From positions 6,308-70,307 of the forward strand of contig CAVWIP010000017.1 in NCBI GenBank assembly GCA_963755125.1: a stretch of DNA of 64,000 bases, written 5' to 3'. The notes under the pieces were generated by a model. That model saw only the letters and a list, made by a program, of their open reading frames with translations, was not told where the DNA came from and searched no databases. Made by a program: the position numbers and the translations under genes. Shown piece by piece: positions 51,510 to 62,372 of this stretch (within the stretch, counting starts at the first letter, position 1; each line of letters opens with the position of its first letter). The stretch comes from an uncultured delta proteobacterium (GTDB lineage: Bacteria > Myxococcota_A > Polyangia > Fen-1088).

Positions 51510-52658
51510 TCAATTTTGGCAGACAGAGCAAACGGAAGCATCTCCGCAATGGGTGTTGGTTACGCAGGATGCTCCAGCGTTGCAGTCGTCGTTGAAGCGA
51601 CAGGCTCCTCCTACAGGGGCACCTATTGGTCCATCGCAAAGATAGTAGTTGTAGCCGACGTCGCCTCCGCCGAAAATCATGATCGGCCCACAGATAAGAC
51701 CACCAGCACAGCTGCCTCCTTGCTGGGGCGGTGTGCACTGGGTGTAGCACCAGCCGTCGCCACGGGGCTCGCAAGAGGAATAGGAGCAAAGGGGCGGGCC
51801 GGCAACGCAAGGGCACATCTCGCCAAAATTTAGAACTTCGCCGGGAAGACACGGTTGGGGGTGAGGAGCGCCCACACGCGGAGAACTGCTATCAGGTTCC
51901 GGCTTGCCACTCGCATCCACACCGGCATCTGCCCCAAATCTGCATACAATGGTTTGCGTACACAGCTTGCTCTCATAACACGGACTGGGGTACCCCACGC
52001 AAGACTGATCCCACTGCGGTATCTGTGTATCGCCAGGATTGCATGATAGAGAATCGTTGCAATGCACACCCTGGGGCAATACGCACAGTATGGAGCCACA
52101 GTTGTCTCCCAAGGAGTAGCACTCGCGTTCCGCTGGGCAATCGGACAGGTCGGTGTACTCTGATCCAGGCGCGAAGCCCACCTGCTGGTCCCCTGGGTTG
52201 CACCCAGGAATCGCCCCACACATGCCGCCTTGGCTGAGTGGAGAATCGGTGGCGTCCCCTTGGCCACCAGTTCCACTATTCCCGTTTGATCTGCCGGCAT
52301 CCGAAGCACTCATGCGCCCACCAGCATCTGCCCCATATATTCCACCAGCACCAGCAGCACCTGTGCTGGCACCTGCTGCTCCACCCTGACCACCAGTACC
52401 ACCTGTGTTGACACCCCCGGTTCCACCTGGACCAATCATGCCAGCAGTACCACCTACGCCGCTACCTCCTGCTCCACTTGGACCAATCGTTCCTCCTGAG
52501 CCTCCGGTTATCCCGCTGATGGTGCTGTTGCCTACCTGGCCTCCGCTTCCAACTCCTGCATCACCGGCTCTGCTCTTGAGTCCGGAGCTGCTGCATGCGG
52601 GTCCCACCATCAGGCCGGCTACGAGGATGACTGTCACCGCCGTTGGCATCTTGAACAT
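51510..52658 (-). CDS. Cys-rich secreted protein (MFKMP family), paralog b with Gly-rich linker
   Basis: signal MFKMPTAVTVILVAGLMVGPAC; shares CNPGD..LSCNPGD modules with paralog a. Confidence 0.5.
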   Translation of the reverse strand: MFKMPTAVTVILVAGLMVGPACSSSGLKSRAGDAGVGSGGQVGNSTISGITGGSGGTIGPSGAGGSGVGGTAGMIGPGGTGGVNTGGTGGQGGAAGASTGAAGAGGIYGADAGGRMSASDAGRSNGNSGTGGQGDATDSPLSQGGMCGAIPGCNPGDQQVGFAPGSEYTDLSDCPAERECYSLGDNCGSILCVLPQGVHCNDSLSCNPGDTQIPQWDQSCVGYPSPCYESKLCTQTIVCRFGADAGVDASGKPEPDSSSPRVGAPHPQPCLPGEVLNFGEMCPCVAGPPLCSYSSCEPRGDGWCYTQCTPPQQGGSCAGGLICGPIMIFGGGDVGYNYYLCDGPIGAPVGGACRFNDDCNAGASCVTNTHCGDASVCSVCQN

Positions 52659-52706
52659 ATGGTCCTCCGTGTGCTCGTCCGGTGAGTGCCAAGCTGGATC
52701 GTCGGG

Positions 52707-53183
52707 TCAGTGCAACAGGATGCAGTCACGGTAGCGTTCGAAATCGTCTTGGTCGTGGCAGATGCGCCGGGCCTCGCCAGACGAAGAGCGCAGGCGGCGG
52801 TCGTAATAGTCTTCCGTTTTTGGTGATTGCGGCTTAGGCAGGCTTGCAACATCCTTTGGGTCCGGGTCCCACTTCGGCGGGTCTGGCTCGCGCATGCACG
52901 CCGTGACCACCCCCCTCGATGAGATGATGCACAGGTAGCGGGCCCTGTGCCCGCAAGCCTCGATGTCATAGAGGTTGTCTGAAATGTCGGCCCTCTCGAT
53001 CAGGCCGATCTTTTCTTCCGGACAGGAGAATTCCCGCGAAGCTCTTCGAATCGCACTATCCCCGGTCGTTGCGCAGCCCACCCCGAAGAACAGGACGAGG
53101 ACACCAATTCTGACGATGGACGAGTGCGCGCCTCGAACCGAAGGGCTTTCTTCCCGGTGGCTGCTGTTCGAGGAAACTATCAT
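52707..53183 (-). CDS. putative lipoprotein
   Basis: VLVLFFGVGC lipobox; start uncertain. Confidence 0.3.
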   Translation of the reverse strand: MIVSSNSSHREESPSVRGAHSSIVRIGVLVLFFGVGCATTGDSAIRRASREFSCPEEKIGLIERADISDNLYDIEACGHRARYLCIISSRGVVTACMREPDPPKWDPDPKDVASLPKPQSPKTEDYYDRRLRSSSGEARRICHDQDDFERYRDCILLH

Positions 53184-53539
53184 GCGACACCGTGCCCGAA
53201 ATCACCCATCGACACGGGCAACTCTACTTCCCGTGCTGTCCTCTTGAGGAAGCTCTCGATGCGCTGCCGGACAGCCTGTTCCTTCATGACCCCGGGGAAC
53301 ATGGTACCGCTTTTCGGGTGCACGGGATGCAATATGAGATCCAGGGGGATTCCTGAGCATCCGAAAAGCGGCAGACAGCCCCGGTTGATGCGTCTTGGGA
53401 CGCTATGTCAAAGCCGACACCAGCTTGGTGTGCTGACCATGTTGGGGAACTCGATCATCTTCCTGACGTCGGTCGACATCGACCACAGGGTGTGCATCAC
53501 CCATCGTCTGCCCCTTCAGCTCTCCCGTTGGTCGATGGC

Positions 53540-53818
53540 CTACGAGTTGAGCGCTTTGGTCAGCACCAGGCTGGCCTTGAAGGTCAACACGCGGCGGGCG
53601 CTGATTGTGATCTCTTTTCCGGTATGCGGGTTGCGACCGGGGCGTGCCTTCTTGTCCCGGACCACGAAGTTGCCGAAGCCTGAAATCTTGATCTTCTCGT
53701 TCTTTTCCAAGGTCTTCTTCACCGTCTCGAACACCGTCTCGACGATAGCTATGGCCTCCTTTTTCGAGAATCCGCCGTCCTTCGCGTAGACGGCGTCGGC
53801 TATGTCCGCCTTGGTCAT
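53540..53818 (-). CDS. ihfA: integration host factor alpha-like (HU/IHF family)
   Basis: GFGNFVVRDKKARPGRNPHTGKEITISARRVLTFKAS. Confidence 0.65.
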   Translation of the reverse strand: MTKADIADAVYAKDGGFSKKEAIAIVETVFETVKKTLEKNEKIKISGFGNFVVRDKKARPGRNPHTGKEITISARRVLTFKASLVLTKALNS

Positions 53819-53994
53819 GTGACTACGTTCGCCAGAAATCCCGTCGGTGTCAAAGGGTTGAGCAGGCTGGCCATGCGGACATTTGCGTCAGCGAGGATGC
53901 GCTGGGAAGGCGTTTAGATCGCTGTTGGCGAGGGCGATGCCGTAGAAACAATTTGGTCTGATTGCAGCCGAGGAATTCCTCCGACTCCTGCGGA

Positions 53995-55440
53995 TCAGAA
54001 CGTCACGGCATTTTGGAAGCTTGTCAGGGCCGCTCCATTCAGGCGCATCTGATATTCTTCCGTGTAGGTCAAGATCGGGTATGCCCCTGGTGCTGCGTAT
54101 GGATTGCCCCCTGCTACGGTACCATCCTTAATCACCTCGCCAAGGTAGACATTGCCATTGAGGTCGTAGAATGTGATGTAGGAAGGGGTTGTCCTCGGTG
54201 ATGGACGAGGATCGGTCGCTACATAGGTATTTACCCCGTTAATCATTGAAACACTACCCAGGGCCATCGTGTAAGTTGTGCTGTCGCTGCCAACCAAAAT
54301 GCCCCCAGCATTCATGAGTGCGGCAATCGTGGTGCCAGTGGCAACGGGTTTGGGGGTGCTGCCAGATGCAGCTTGTATTGAAGAATAGTCGAACACAAAA
54401 TAGGTGTCCCCAATCTCGGTTGAGGTAAATTTCATATAGGACGCGCCTGCCGCCCAGGTTGCACCAGGGGCGAGCAGGGGTGTCGTATTGTAGAACAGTG
54501 GACTAAAGTAATTGACCAAATCCGAGAAGGAACTGGATGCTACATTCCCAGTTAGCGGAACCACGGAGTAACCAGAGTTGATGTAGCTGTTGACGATTGT
54601 GGTACCAGTCGCGTCAAGAATGTCGGTTCGGACGCCCCCGGAGATTCCTTCAACAACACCCGCTGGATAGGTGACATTTCTGATCCACGCAGGGCCTGAG
54701 CTGACCACGATCTTACCACCAACAAGGTAACGATCTGGCGCATAGCCGCTGGGGATAGGGATCTTTGCGATATCAACTAAAGCCGTATCGGTAACTTTTT
54801 GAGTGCCAGTCGACGGTGACGCAGTCAATTGAGCAGAGTTTTGGGCAAAATAGTTCGTGCCCGATACTGGAATTCCAGTGTAAGGCAGGGAGTAGTAGCA
54901 TTCATAGGAAGCGTTGGGAGCCATCGTGAAACTCTCATACGTGGCTTGGTCCTGACTTAGGGCAGGAGGAGCGCCGGAAGAGCCGCCACCGCTTGTCGTG
55001 CCGCCAGCGTCAGACTCGCCTCCTATGCCAGAAGTGCCGCCTGTGCCGCCGCCACCCGAGCCACCGATGGGTGCATCCGGCTGAGTGGCAGGGGCGTCTG
55101 GCACCCCGGCATCGCCGCCGCCGCCAACGGCTGTTGCGCCACCGACAACTGTCGTTGCGCCAGAGGCTGCACTGCCGCCCTGCGGCGCAATACCACCGGA
55201 TGCCGTGATTCCGCCGACAATCGTACTGCTGCTGACAACCGTAGTTCCACCACTTGGCGCAGTACTTCCACCCTGCGCGCTGATTCCGCCAGCGCCGCCG
55301 CCGGAAAGAGTCGTTGACCCGCCGGAGTTACTCGGACTTGTCTTTGTGCTCGAGCTGCAACCGCTGGCCAGCGTTGCAAGAGAGATCCCAAAAGCTCCGA
55401 TGAAACACAACCTGAAACGATTGGGTCGGTCCGCGTTCAT
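53995..55440 (-). CDS. Gly-rich lipoprotein of unknown function
   Basis: signal MNADRPNRFRLCFIGAFGISLATLASGC shared with 59777..61339. Confidence 0.45.
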   Translation of the reverse strand: MNADRPNRFRLCFIGAFGISLATLASGCSSSTKTSPSNSGGSTTLSGGGAGGISAQGGSTAPSGGTTVVSSSTIVGGITASGGIAPQGGSAASGATTVVGGATAVGGGGDAGVPDAPATQPDAPIGGSGGGGTGGTSGIGGESDAGGTTSGGGSSGAPPALSQDQATYESFTMAPNASYECYYSLPYTGIPVSGTNYFAQNSAQLTASPSTGTQKVTDTALVDIAKIPIPSGYAPDRYLVGGKIVVSSGPAWIRNVTYPAGVVEGISGGVRTDILDATGTTIVNSYINSGYSVVPLTGNVASSSFSDLVNYFSPLFYNTTPLLAPGATWAAGASYMKFTSTEIGDTYFVFDYSSIQAASGSTPKPVATGTTIAALMNAGGILVGSDSTTYTMALGSVSMINGVNTYVATDPRPSPRTTPSYITFYDLNGNVYLGEVIKDGTVAGGNPYAAPGAYPILTYTEEYQMRLNGAALTSFQNAVTF

Positions 55441-55907
55441 GATGTTCGCTCCTAGTCTATGGGCGGTCTGAGGTTGAAACAGGCAGAAATCAGTCACCTG
55501 CTCGACGGGGAGAGAGAGTGTACAGCTTTTCTGGTGCATGGGGTGTCAGAAAGATCGCTGGGGATTTCAGGTCACCTGGGAAGATGCACATGCGCACCCG
55601 GCCAAGGCAGCGGAAGGGACTTCTTCGTCATCGGGATCCTCCCGACCAAGAATCGCAATATCGTACGCCTTGCGCAACCGCATGCGACGGTGGAATGCGC
55701 CTCAAGAGCCACAGCCGCATGGGACCTGTGTCCGGCCCGCCGTCCATCAGCGCCGCTTGGGAGCATCACCGAACCGGGATACAATCATTCCCATCCCGGC
55801 AACAATGCCGACGGCGGCATCAAGCGCGATGAGCGCGCCCTTGACCGTGTTCCCGGCGGGGTTGAGCACGAGGTTGTTGGCTCCTGCCAAGTTCGCACGT
55901 GACAGGT

Positions 55908-56618
55908 TCAGTTTTCCGCCGTTTTCCCGCAACATTTCTTGTACTTCTTCCCCGATCCACACGGGCACGGCTCATTCCTGCCGATCTTGGGAGTACTGCG
56001 CCTTGGCTCGGTGGTAACTATGTCCTGTCCGTGGGCTTCGCGGCCTGCCCGGAAATAGCGATAGGCATACGCGATGCCAGCTGTCATGTGCGCAATGACA
56101 TCTTCGCGCTGCTCAAGGCTGATCGGCCCCGGTCGCATCTTCGGGTCTTTGTCATGCTCGTGGTGGAGCATCATCGTCGGAATCAAGCAACCGCCGTTCT
56201 CTTCGTCATTCAGAAGTTTCGACCAGCCACCGGGCCGCATCTTCACGCCTCGCATGAAGCCGTTTGCCCAGTCGTTGCCACTTGCGAATCCGTGCTCGTC
56301 TTCCAGCAGGAGCGGCAAGTGGACGTCGTCTTTGAAGAACGCATCAGCGATGGTGTTCCAGTGCCGCATCATGAGGGCAAAGAACTCGTTGGCCTCGTCG
56401 CGACTGGCGAATCCGGAGTGGTTTGACATGTCGCCGCCGAAGACCTCCGGCAAGTACTCGCTCGGCATCACGGTCTCCGGGCCCACGACCAAAGCTGCGA
56501 AGAACCCATCCAGTTGCTCCAGGTTCATCGCTTTGTCACCCCCGCGGCTTTCGAGAAGGTCTCCGAGGCGGTCCAACTCGGCGTCGTTCAAGGGCTCGCT
56601 GGCGGTCTGATTTTTCAT
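55908..56618 (-). CDS. yecA: YecA/UPF0149-family protein with C-terminal SEC-C metal-binding motif
   Basis: C-terminal [18 protein letters not shown]. Confidence 0.6.
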   Translation of the reverse strand: MKNQTASEPLNDAELDRLGDLLESRGGDKAMNLEQLDGFFAALVVGPETVMPSEYLPEVFGGDMSNHSGFASRDEANEFFALMMRHWNTIADAFFKDDVHLPLLLEDEHGFASGNDWANGFMRGVKMRPGGWSKLLNDEENGGCLIPTMMLHHEHDKDPKMRPGPISLEQREDVIAHMTAGIAYAYRYFRAGREAHGQDIVTTEPRRSTPKIGRNEPCPCGSGKKYKKCCGKTAEN

Positions 56619-56747
56619 GGGGATTCCGACTACTCTGGGTAACCATTTACCACACGAAGCCCATCACGAGCTGCCATCGGTGCCCTGGTGGAACCCTCGC
56701 GAAACCTGGATTGAAACCCCTTCCGACAGGCACTACCGTTTCTTCGC

Positions 56748-57914
56748 GTGCCTCCTACCGCCTTCATCCACCTGGACATGGACGCGTTCTTCGCGTCGGT
56801 GGAGCAACGCGATTCTCCCGAGCTGCGAGGCAAGCCCGTCATCGTAGGCGGCGACCCGCGACGCGGAGTCGTGCTGGCGGCCTCGTATGAGGTGAGACCG
56901 TTCGGGGTGCACTCGGCCATGCCCATGGCAGTCGCCATGCGACGCGCACCCAAGGCCATCGTGGTTCCGCCGCGCATGACAGCGTACGAGGAAGCGAGCG
57001 ATGCCGTCTTCGCGATCATGAGCAAGGTCACGCCGCTCATCGAACCGGTCTCGCTTGATGAGGCATTCCTGGACGTGACTGCATCAGTCAAGCTGTTCGG
57101 CACTCCCAGCCAGATAGCCTCCGACCTGCGAGCACGGATTGCATCTGAGGTGGGGTTGCCGTCGTCGGCTGGAATCGCGTCGGTGAAGTTTGTGGCCAAG
57201 ATCGCATCTGACCTGGCCAAGCCGAACGGGCAGAAGGAAGTCGCACCAGTTGAGGCCCGCGAGTTTCTCGCCCCGTTGCCCGTCGGACGTCTGTGGGGCG
57301 TGGGTCCGAAAACCGAGGCTGCTCTTGCAGACCTTGGACTTCGCACCGTCGGGCAGATTGCAGCTTCAGATCCAAATTGGCTCGACAAGCGCATCTCTGG
57401 TGGGCGCGATCTGTGGGAACTGGCATGTGGGATCGATCTGCGACCAGTTGTTCCCGACCGTGAGGCGAAGAGCATCGGTACCGAGGACACATTTGATGAG
57501 GACCTGGCTGGCACGGATGCGCTGCTACCCCACGTGCACTCGCAGGCTCTGCGCGTAGGACGGCGTCTGCGCCAGGCGGGCAGAAAAACAACGGTGGTGC
57601 AGCTCAAGGTGAAGCTGGCGGACTTCACGCTGCTCACGCGCCAGACGACGTTGCACGAACCGACAGACGATGGTCAGGAGATCTATCGAGCCGCAAGCGC
57701 TCTCCTGCTGGCGGAGAAACTGAAACAGAAGGTCAGGCTCACGGGTGTATCAGCGCAGTCGCTCGTCGGTGAAGGCGGGCAGTTGCCTCTCTTTGATTCT
57801 GACCGCCGCGTTGGTCGGCTCAACGCCGTCCTCGACCGCATCCACGACAAGTTCGGCTCAGATGCGGTGACCACGGCAGACTTGCACGCAGCACCAGGCA
57901 AGAAACGGGAGTAG
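56748..57914 (+). CDS. dinB: DNA polymerase IV (Y-family)
   Basis: IHLDMDAFFASVEQRD..GKPVIVGG N-terminus and overall Y-family layout; GTG start. Confidence 0.85.
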   Translation: MPPTAFIHLDMDAFFASVEQRDSPELRGKPVIVGGDPRRGVVLAASYEVRPFGVHSAMPMAVAMRRAPKAIVVPPRMTAYEEASDAVFAIMSKVTPLIEPVSLDEAFLDVTASVKLFGTPSQIASDLRARIASEVGLPSSAGIASVKFVAKIASDLAKPNGQKEVAPVEAREFLAPLPVGRLWGVGPKTEAALADLGLRTVGQIAASDPNWLDKRISGGRDLWELACGIDLRPVVPDREAKSIGTEDTFDEDLAGTDALLPHVHSQALRVGRRLRQAGRKTTVVQLKVKLADFTLLTRQTTLHEPTDDGQEIYRAASALLLAEKLKQKVRLTGVSAQSLVGEGGQLPLFDSDRRVGRLNAVLDRIHDKFGSDAVTTADLHAAPGKKRE

Positions 57915-58271
57915 AGGGACGATCTGCTTCCGAATGCTGTGCTGAGTTAGCTATGTCCGTTTGAATTGATGGCGGCCCCGCAAACCTGGGTCACGCGTAG
58001 TAGGGGGTAGAGTGGGGTGGGGTGATGTTCCTGGCTGAGCACAACCAAGGGCAGGGGATGCTGGCCATCAGGAAGGTCGATCCGAGCCGTGCGACACACC
58101 TCTGATGACGTCGTTTTCACCTGTAACCACGGCGTAACCAACGGTACCGTATTCGGTACCAAACCGGAGGGATCACGGATGACCTGTTCCCTTCGTGGTG
58201 TTCAAAAATCCCCTATAAAACAAGGGGGTTTGAGCACAAAGGGTGATCATCCGTGATCATGTCCAGGTGAG

Positions 58272-58310
58272 TTGGGAAGCCGATGCTCTACCAACTGAGC
58301 TACTCGCGCA
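58272..58310. repeat. 39-bp direct repeat (partial tRNA-Gly 5' half), right copy; putative attR
   Basis: identical to 17955..17993; tRNA similarity stops after anticodon loop. Confidence 0.6.
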
Positions 58311-58360
58311 TTCTCTTTTAATTTCAGTTAGTTAGGCTAGATTTCGTTCGCAGCGAATTC

Positions 58361-58633
58361 CTACTCTCTGCCCATTCTCTGCCCAAGTGGGGCGGGAACC
58401 TCGCGAAGAGATAGCACAACCGACGCCGGTTTGGAAAGGTCGACCGCAACTCTATCGAACGCCTTGGCGCCGAAAAAGTCCGGGGCCAAGTGCGCGTAGT
58501 GCTGGGTCGTGGAGGTTGAAGAATGGCCCATGATTTTGGCCAGTTCTTCCATGCTGCCGCCGTTCATCACCCATTGGGATGCGAACGTGTGGCGGGTGCA
58601 TTGGTACGCAGACCAACGGCTGGAACTACACAT
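58361..58633 (-). pseudogene. integrase C-terminal fragment (remnant of an older element)
   Basis: CTRHTFASQWVMNGGSMEELAKIMGHSSTSTTQHYAHLAPDFF parallels C-terminus of 18027..19256 integrase; lacks N-terminal domains. Confidence 0.5.
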
Positions 58634-58940
58634 CCCCGTCGGACACCAGCATCCAACTCTACGGCTCGTGGTGTACCAACGTAACCAACGGAACCTACAA
58701 GTCCGCCGAGGTTCTGATGGGCTGCCCAGGGGATAGTGGCATTATCCCGTAGCGCAGGACCTTCCCCGGCAATAGGCGGCAGAGTTGGAGCGTGAAGCGG
58801 CGAATCACCACACGCTCACAGACGAAGGGAAGCCAGGCGGTAGAAGGCGGTCTACAAGAAGCAAGACGACTCTGGGCAGTTGGCGACGATGCCGGTAGCG
58901 TGTGAAGGTCGCGGAAGAGTGTAGAAGCCAAGCCGGGATC

Positions 58941-59267
58941 ATGACCAAAGCCGACCTCATCACCATCATCGCCGACAAGCTCAAGTTCCCCGGGGCGCGA
59001 GCGGAGCTACTTGTAGATCATATCTTCTCGTCCATGTCAGACGCCCTCATGCGCGGCGAAAAGATCGAAATTCGAGGGTTCGGCAGCTTCACCGTGCGCC
59101 AGTACCGCGCCTACGACGGTCGTAACCCGCGCACAGGTGCAATCGTTCCCGTCAAGCCCAAGCGTCTGGCCTTCTTCAAAGTGGGCAAAGAGATGAGGGA
59201 GCGCGTGAATGGTGGGAAACGCTCGACAGAGGTAGGAGCAGCGGCTGAGCCGGACAAGCTGGTCTAG
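58941..59267 (+). CDS. HU/IHF-family DNA-binding protein (IHF beta-like)
   Basis: GFGSFTVRQYRAYDGRNPRTGAIVPVKPKRLAFFK. Confidence 0.6.
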   Translation: MTKADLITIIADKLKFPGARAELLVDHIFSSMSDALMRGEKIEIRGFGSFTVRQYRAYDGRNPRTGAIVPVKPKRLAFFKVGKEMRERVNGGKRSTEVGAAAEPDKLV

Positions 59268-59317
59268 GGCGGATACGGATGTGAGTTGTCCGACGCTCGG
59301 CATTCCGTCGGCGGCGT

Positions 59318-59749
59318 TCAGAGTATCCAGTCGCACGCATTGAGTGCCGTGCAGTTCTGCGCCGCCATCGCATTCTGCAGGCAGGCCACATTTGAAGGGC
59401 CGTAGCACTTCGAGTAGCCCGCGCCCATGGTGCAGTTGATCATGCACTGGCCGGCGCTGGTGCTTGATCCGCACTGCGCCGAAAAGGCACAGATTGTGCC
59501 GGGTGACCCGTCGCCGCAGAGCTGGCTCGCGCCGGCGTAACTGAGGCACCCACCGTCGGTGTAGCCGAGCGACGAGGCATCGGCTTGCCCGGAGGCTGTG
59601 TCGAGCGGACGGGAAGCGTCCGGCCCGTGGCTGACCGCCGAATCGGACCCGCCTGGCCCGTCCGGGGTGGAGTTGGCCGTAGAACTGCACCCCATCATGC
59701 CAAGTCCGAGCAGCAGCATGAAGAATCGGACAGGAAAACCGTTGCGCAT
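59318..59749 (-). CDS. small Cys-rich lipoprotein
   Basis: FFMLLLGLGMMGC lipobox; 12 Cys. Confidence 0.4.
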   Translation of the reverse strand: MRNGFPVRFFMLLLGLGMMGCSSTANSTPDGPGGSDSAVSHGPDASRPLDTASGQADASSLGYTDGGCLSYAGASQLCGDGSPGTICAFSAQCGSSTSAGQCMINCTMGAGYSKCYGPSNVACLQNAMAAQNCTALNACDWIL

Positions 59750-59776
59750 GTTGGCCTCCAAGAGATCGGTTCGACG

Positions 59777-61339
59777 TCAGGGGCAGCCGCCCTGGGGACA
59801 GGTGTTGCAGGTGATCTCCACTCCGCTGGTGAGCGTGGCATTCACGACACATCCGCCTGAAGTGGTGCCGCATTCGGGAGTTACCGGCCCCTGGCCACAG
59901 GCATTGTCGACACATTGAACCCCAACCGAGCCGTCTTCGATCACCAGGCACATCTGTCCGGAGGGGCACGTGCGAGAGATGCAATTCACCGTGCTGCAAG
60001 CCCCGGTCTGGACTGTCCATTTGCCGCCTGCACAGCCGGCCTGCGTGCGACCCGTACTGGGGCAGTTGTCGTAGAAACAGGTCATGTCCGTGCTCCCGCA
60101 GGAAGAGGCGTTTGTCGGCGGTGTCGAAGGACAAGTGGTAGGGGTGACCCCGGCATCGGCATCGGCGCACTCGTTCTGGAGGACACAGCCTTCGTAGCAG
60201 TTGTTGGCATACGAGAGGGCATACGGCGTCACACAGACGGGTTGCGGGGCTAGACACGCAACCGGGCCAGTGCAGTTGGCGTGACCGCCGTCGGCGCATC
60301 GGCTGAAGTTCGGGGGATTCTCGAAGACCGAGTGGCAGTCGCTGCGGCTATCACACTCCGCCTGGGTTGACACCTGGCTGCAGCTTGCAACAGCAGCATC
60401 GCTCACTCCAGCGTCCGGTGGCGGACAAGCGACGGCGCCGCACACGGCGAAGCACATGCCGGTTCCAGGCGTGCATCCCGGACACCAGGTCTGGCCTGCC
60501 GGGCAGACTCCCGGACAATAGGAGGCCGTGCAGGACTGCCCGCAGCTGCCGGGGATGCCAAGACTTGTGCACCCTGGGCACCAGATCTGTCCCGCTGGGC
60601 ATGGCCCCGCGTCCGCCCCTGCGTCCGCGCCGCCAGCCATCACGAAGGTCATGCACCGGCCGCTGACGCATTCCAGGCCGATGGAGCCGCCCTGAGCCGT
60701 GTTGTTGCCGTCCTCGGCTAGCTGGTAGGTGAAGCTGGCGCAACCAAGGTTTCCGCAGGATAGCGACGGGAACGTGCACGAGGACGACTTGGCCAGGCCC
60801 ACCTCCGAGATGGCACCGCAACAGGTTGGCTGGACCACCTGCCTGCAATCGCTCGCCAGGGTGCAGGTCTTGGCCGTGGTCGCGATGGTGCCGCTGGAAT
60901 CGTAGCAAGAGTTGCCGCTGCTGCTCGACGAAGCACCACCGGTTCCAGTTGTTCCGCCATTTTCCCCCGTGGCGGTACTGCTGCCGCCAGCGCCACCAGA
61001 ACTCGGGCAGTAGCAATCACACTCTCCCCCCTGGCAAAGGGCGAAACAAGTGGAGGGCCTTCCACTGCACACATTCTGGCTCCCGCCGGACCCCGCAGCA
61101 CCACCCGTGCCGAAAGCTGAGCTTCCGCCAGAAATCATGGTCCCGCCGCCTGCCGTGATTCCGCCCCGCAAACTCGTACTTCCGCCTTGTGCCGTGATTC
61201 CGCCAGAAGCCGTGGTCCCGCCGGAGCTATGGAGACCGGTCTTGGCGTTCGAGCTACAGCCGCTGCCCAGCATTGCGAGGGAGAGCCCAAAGGCTCCGAC
61301 GATGCAAGACCTGAAACGATTGGGTCGGTCGGTATTCAT
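59777..61339 (-). CDS. Cys-rich lipoprotein (signal peptide paralogous to 53995..55440)
   Basis: MNTDRPNRFRSCIVGAFGLSLAMLGSGC; >60 Cys. Confidence 0.5.
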   Translation of the reverse strand: MNTDRPNRFRSCIVGAFGLSLAMLGSGCSSNAKTGLHSSGGTTASGGITAQGGSTSLRGGITAGGGTMISGGSSAFGTGGAAGSGGSQNVCSGRPSTCFALCQGGECDCYCPSSGGAGGSSTATGENGGTTGTGGASSSSSGNSCYDSSGTIATTAKTCTLASDCRQVVQPTCCGAISEVGLAKSSSCTFPSLSCGNLGCASFTYQLAEDGNNTAQGGSIGLECVSGRCMTFVMAGGADAGADAGPCPAGQIWCPGCTSLGIPGSCGQSCTASYCPGVCPAGQTWCPGCTPGTGMCFAVCGAVACPPPDAGVSDAAVASCSQVSTQAECDSRSDCHSVFENPPNFSRCADGGHANCTGPVACLAPQPVCVTPYALSYANNCYEGCVLQNECADADAGVTPTTCPSTPPTNASSCGSTDMTCFYDNCPSTGRTQAGCAGGKWTVQTGACSTVNCISRTCPSGQMCLVIEDGSVGVQCVDNACGQGPVTPECGTTSGGCVVNATLTSGVEITCNTCPQGGCP

Positions 61340-61406
61340 GATGCTTCCTTGTCGTCTGCCGTTCGGGAAATGGAGTGTTCGCTGGGTGTGAACTGATGGT
61401 CAAGTC

Positions 61407-62372
61407 TCACGGATACCCGCAGAGCACGTATGCGGAGGTCACGCTGCATTCAACACCACCGACGGCGGGGCAGAGGCAGTTGCAGAGATCACCGCTGCAC
61501 GCGTCGGGGAGGTCAACACAACCTGGGGCGGGTGCGGGCTCCGTGCAACCTGGGCTCACCTGATCTCCTGTTGCCGGGTCACGGCAGGAGGCGGCATACA
61601 CGAGGCCCGGCGGACAGCCCCCGTCGCCCAGAGCCTGGCACAGCGGAGCTGGGCCGCCTGAGCGGAGCACGCAGGCTTGGCCGGAATGACACGTGGTGCT
61701 TCCGCAGGACTGACTTCCGGCGTCCCATGCTGTGTCCACCGCCGAGGGGACGTCTTGCCCGGCATCCGTCGGCGGCACCACGACGTCCGTTGTGCATAGG
61801 TGCCCCACGCACCGGACGGACACCAAATCGATCGGCTGCGTGTCCGTTCCCAGGAAAGGCGTGGTCTTGCCCGTGTCCGTCAGGTAGCCGAGATACTCCG
61901 CACACCCAAGCCCGCTACAGGCTCCCGGAGGCAGTGCAAAGCAACCTGCATATGCACTTGCCTGGGTCTTGGCTATTCCACGTGCGTTGTCTGCCCCACA
62001 ACAGGTTGCTGCGGTAAGAATCGTGCAGTCCGAATCCTGCGTGCACTGGCGCGCCACCGCCGCAAAGCCGACCCCTCCATCGTCACTACACGCGACGCCT
62101 GCGCCAGCGTCGCTCGTCACTCCGCCGGTTCCTATGGCCCCACCTGTGCCCGTACCGGCGTCAGTTCCCATGCCGCCAGTTCCTACAGCTCCACCCGCGC
62201 CCGTACTGGCGTCAGTCTTCACACCGCCAGCGCCTCCAGAAGAACCATCAGGTAGTCTTCCAGCGCTCTGGTCCGTCCTGCCACAAGCCCCAGCCCATCC
62301 CATGAGCAGGCAGGCTGCCCAGGCAGCGAGGTTCCATGAAGCACGCGGACGCAAAGTGTTGTTTGCGCTCAT
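61407..62372 (-). CDS. Cys-rich lipoprotein
   Basis: AAWAACLLMGWAGAC lipobox; start uncertain. Confidence 0.4.
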   Translation of the reverse strand: MSANNTLRPRASWNLAAWAACLLMGWAGACGRTDQSAGRLPDGSSGGAGGVKTDASTGAGGAVGTGGMGTDAGTGTGGAIGTGGVTSDAGAGVACSDDGGVGFAAVARQCTQDSDCTILTAATCCGADNARGIAKTQASAYAGCFALPPGACSGLGCAEYLGYLTDTGKTTPFLGTDTQPIDLVSVRCVGHLCTTDVVVPPTDAGQDVPSAVDTAWDAGSQSCGSTTCHSGQACVLRSGGPAPLCQALGDGGCPPGLVYAASCRDPATGDQVSPGCTEPAPAPGCVDLPDACSGDLCNCLCPAVGGVECSVTSAYVLCGYP

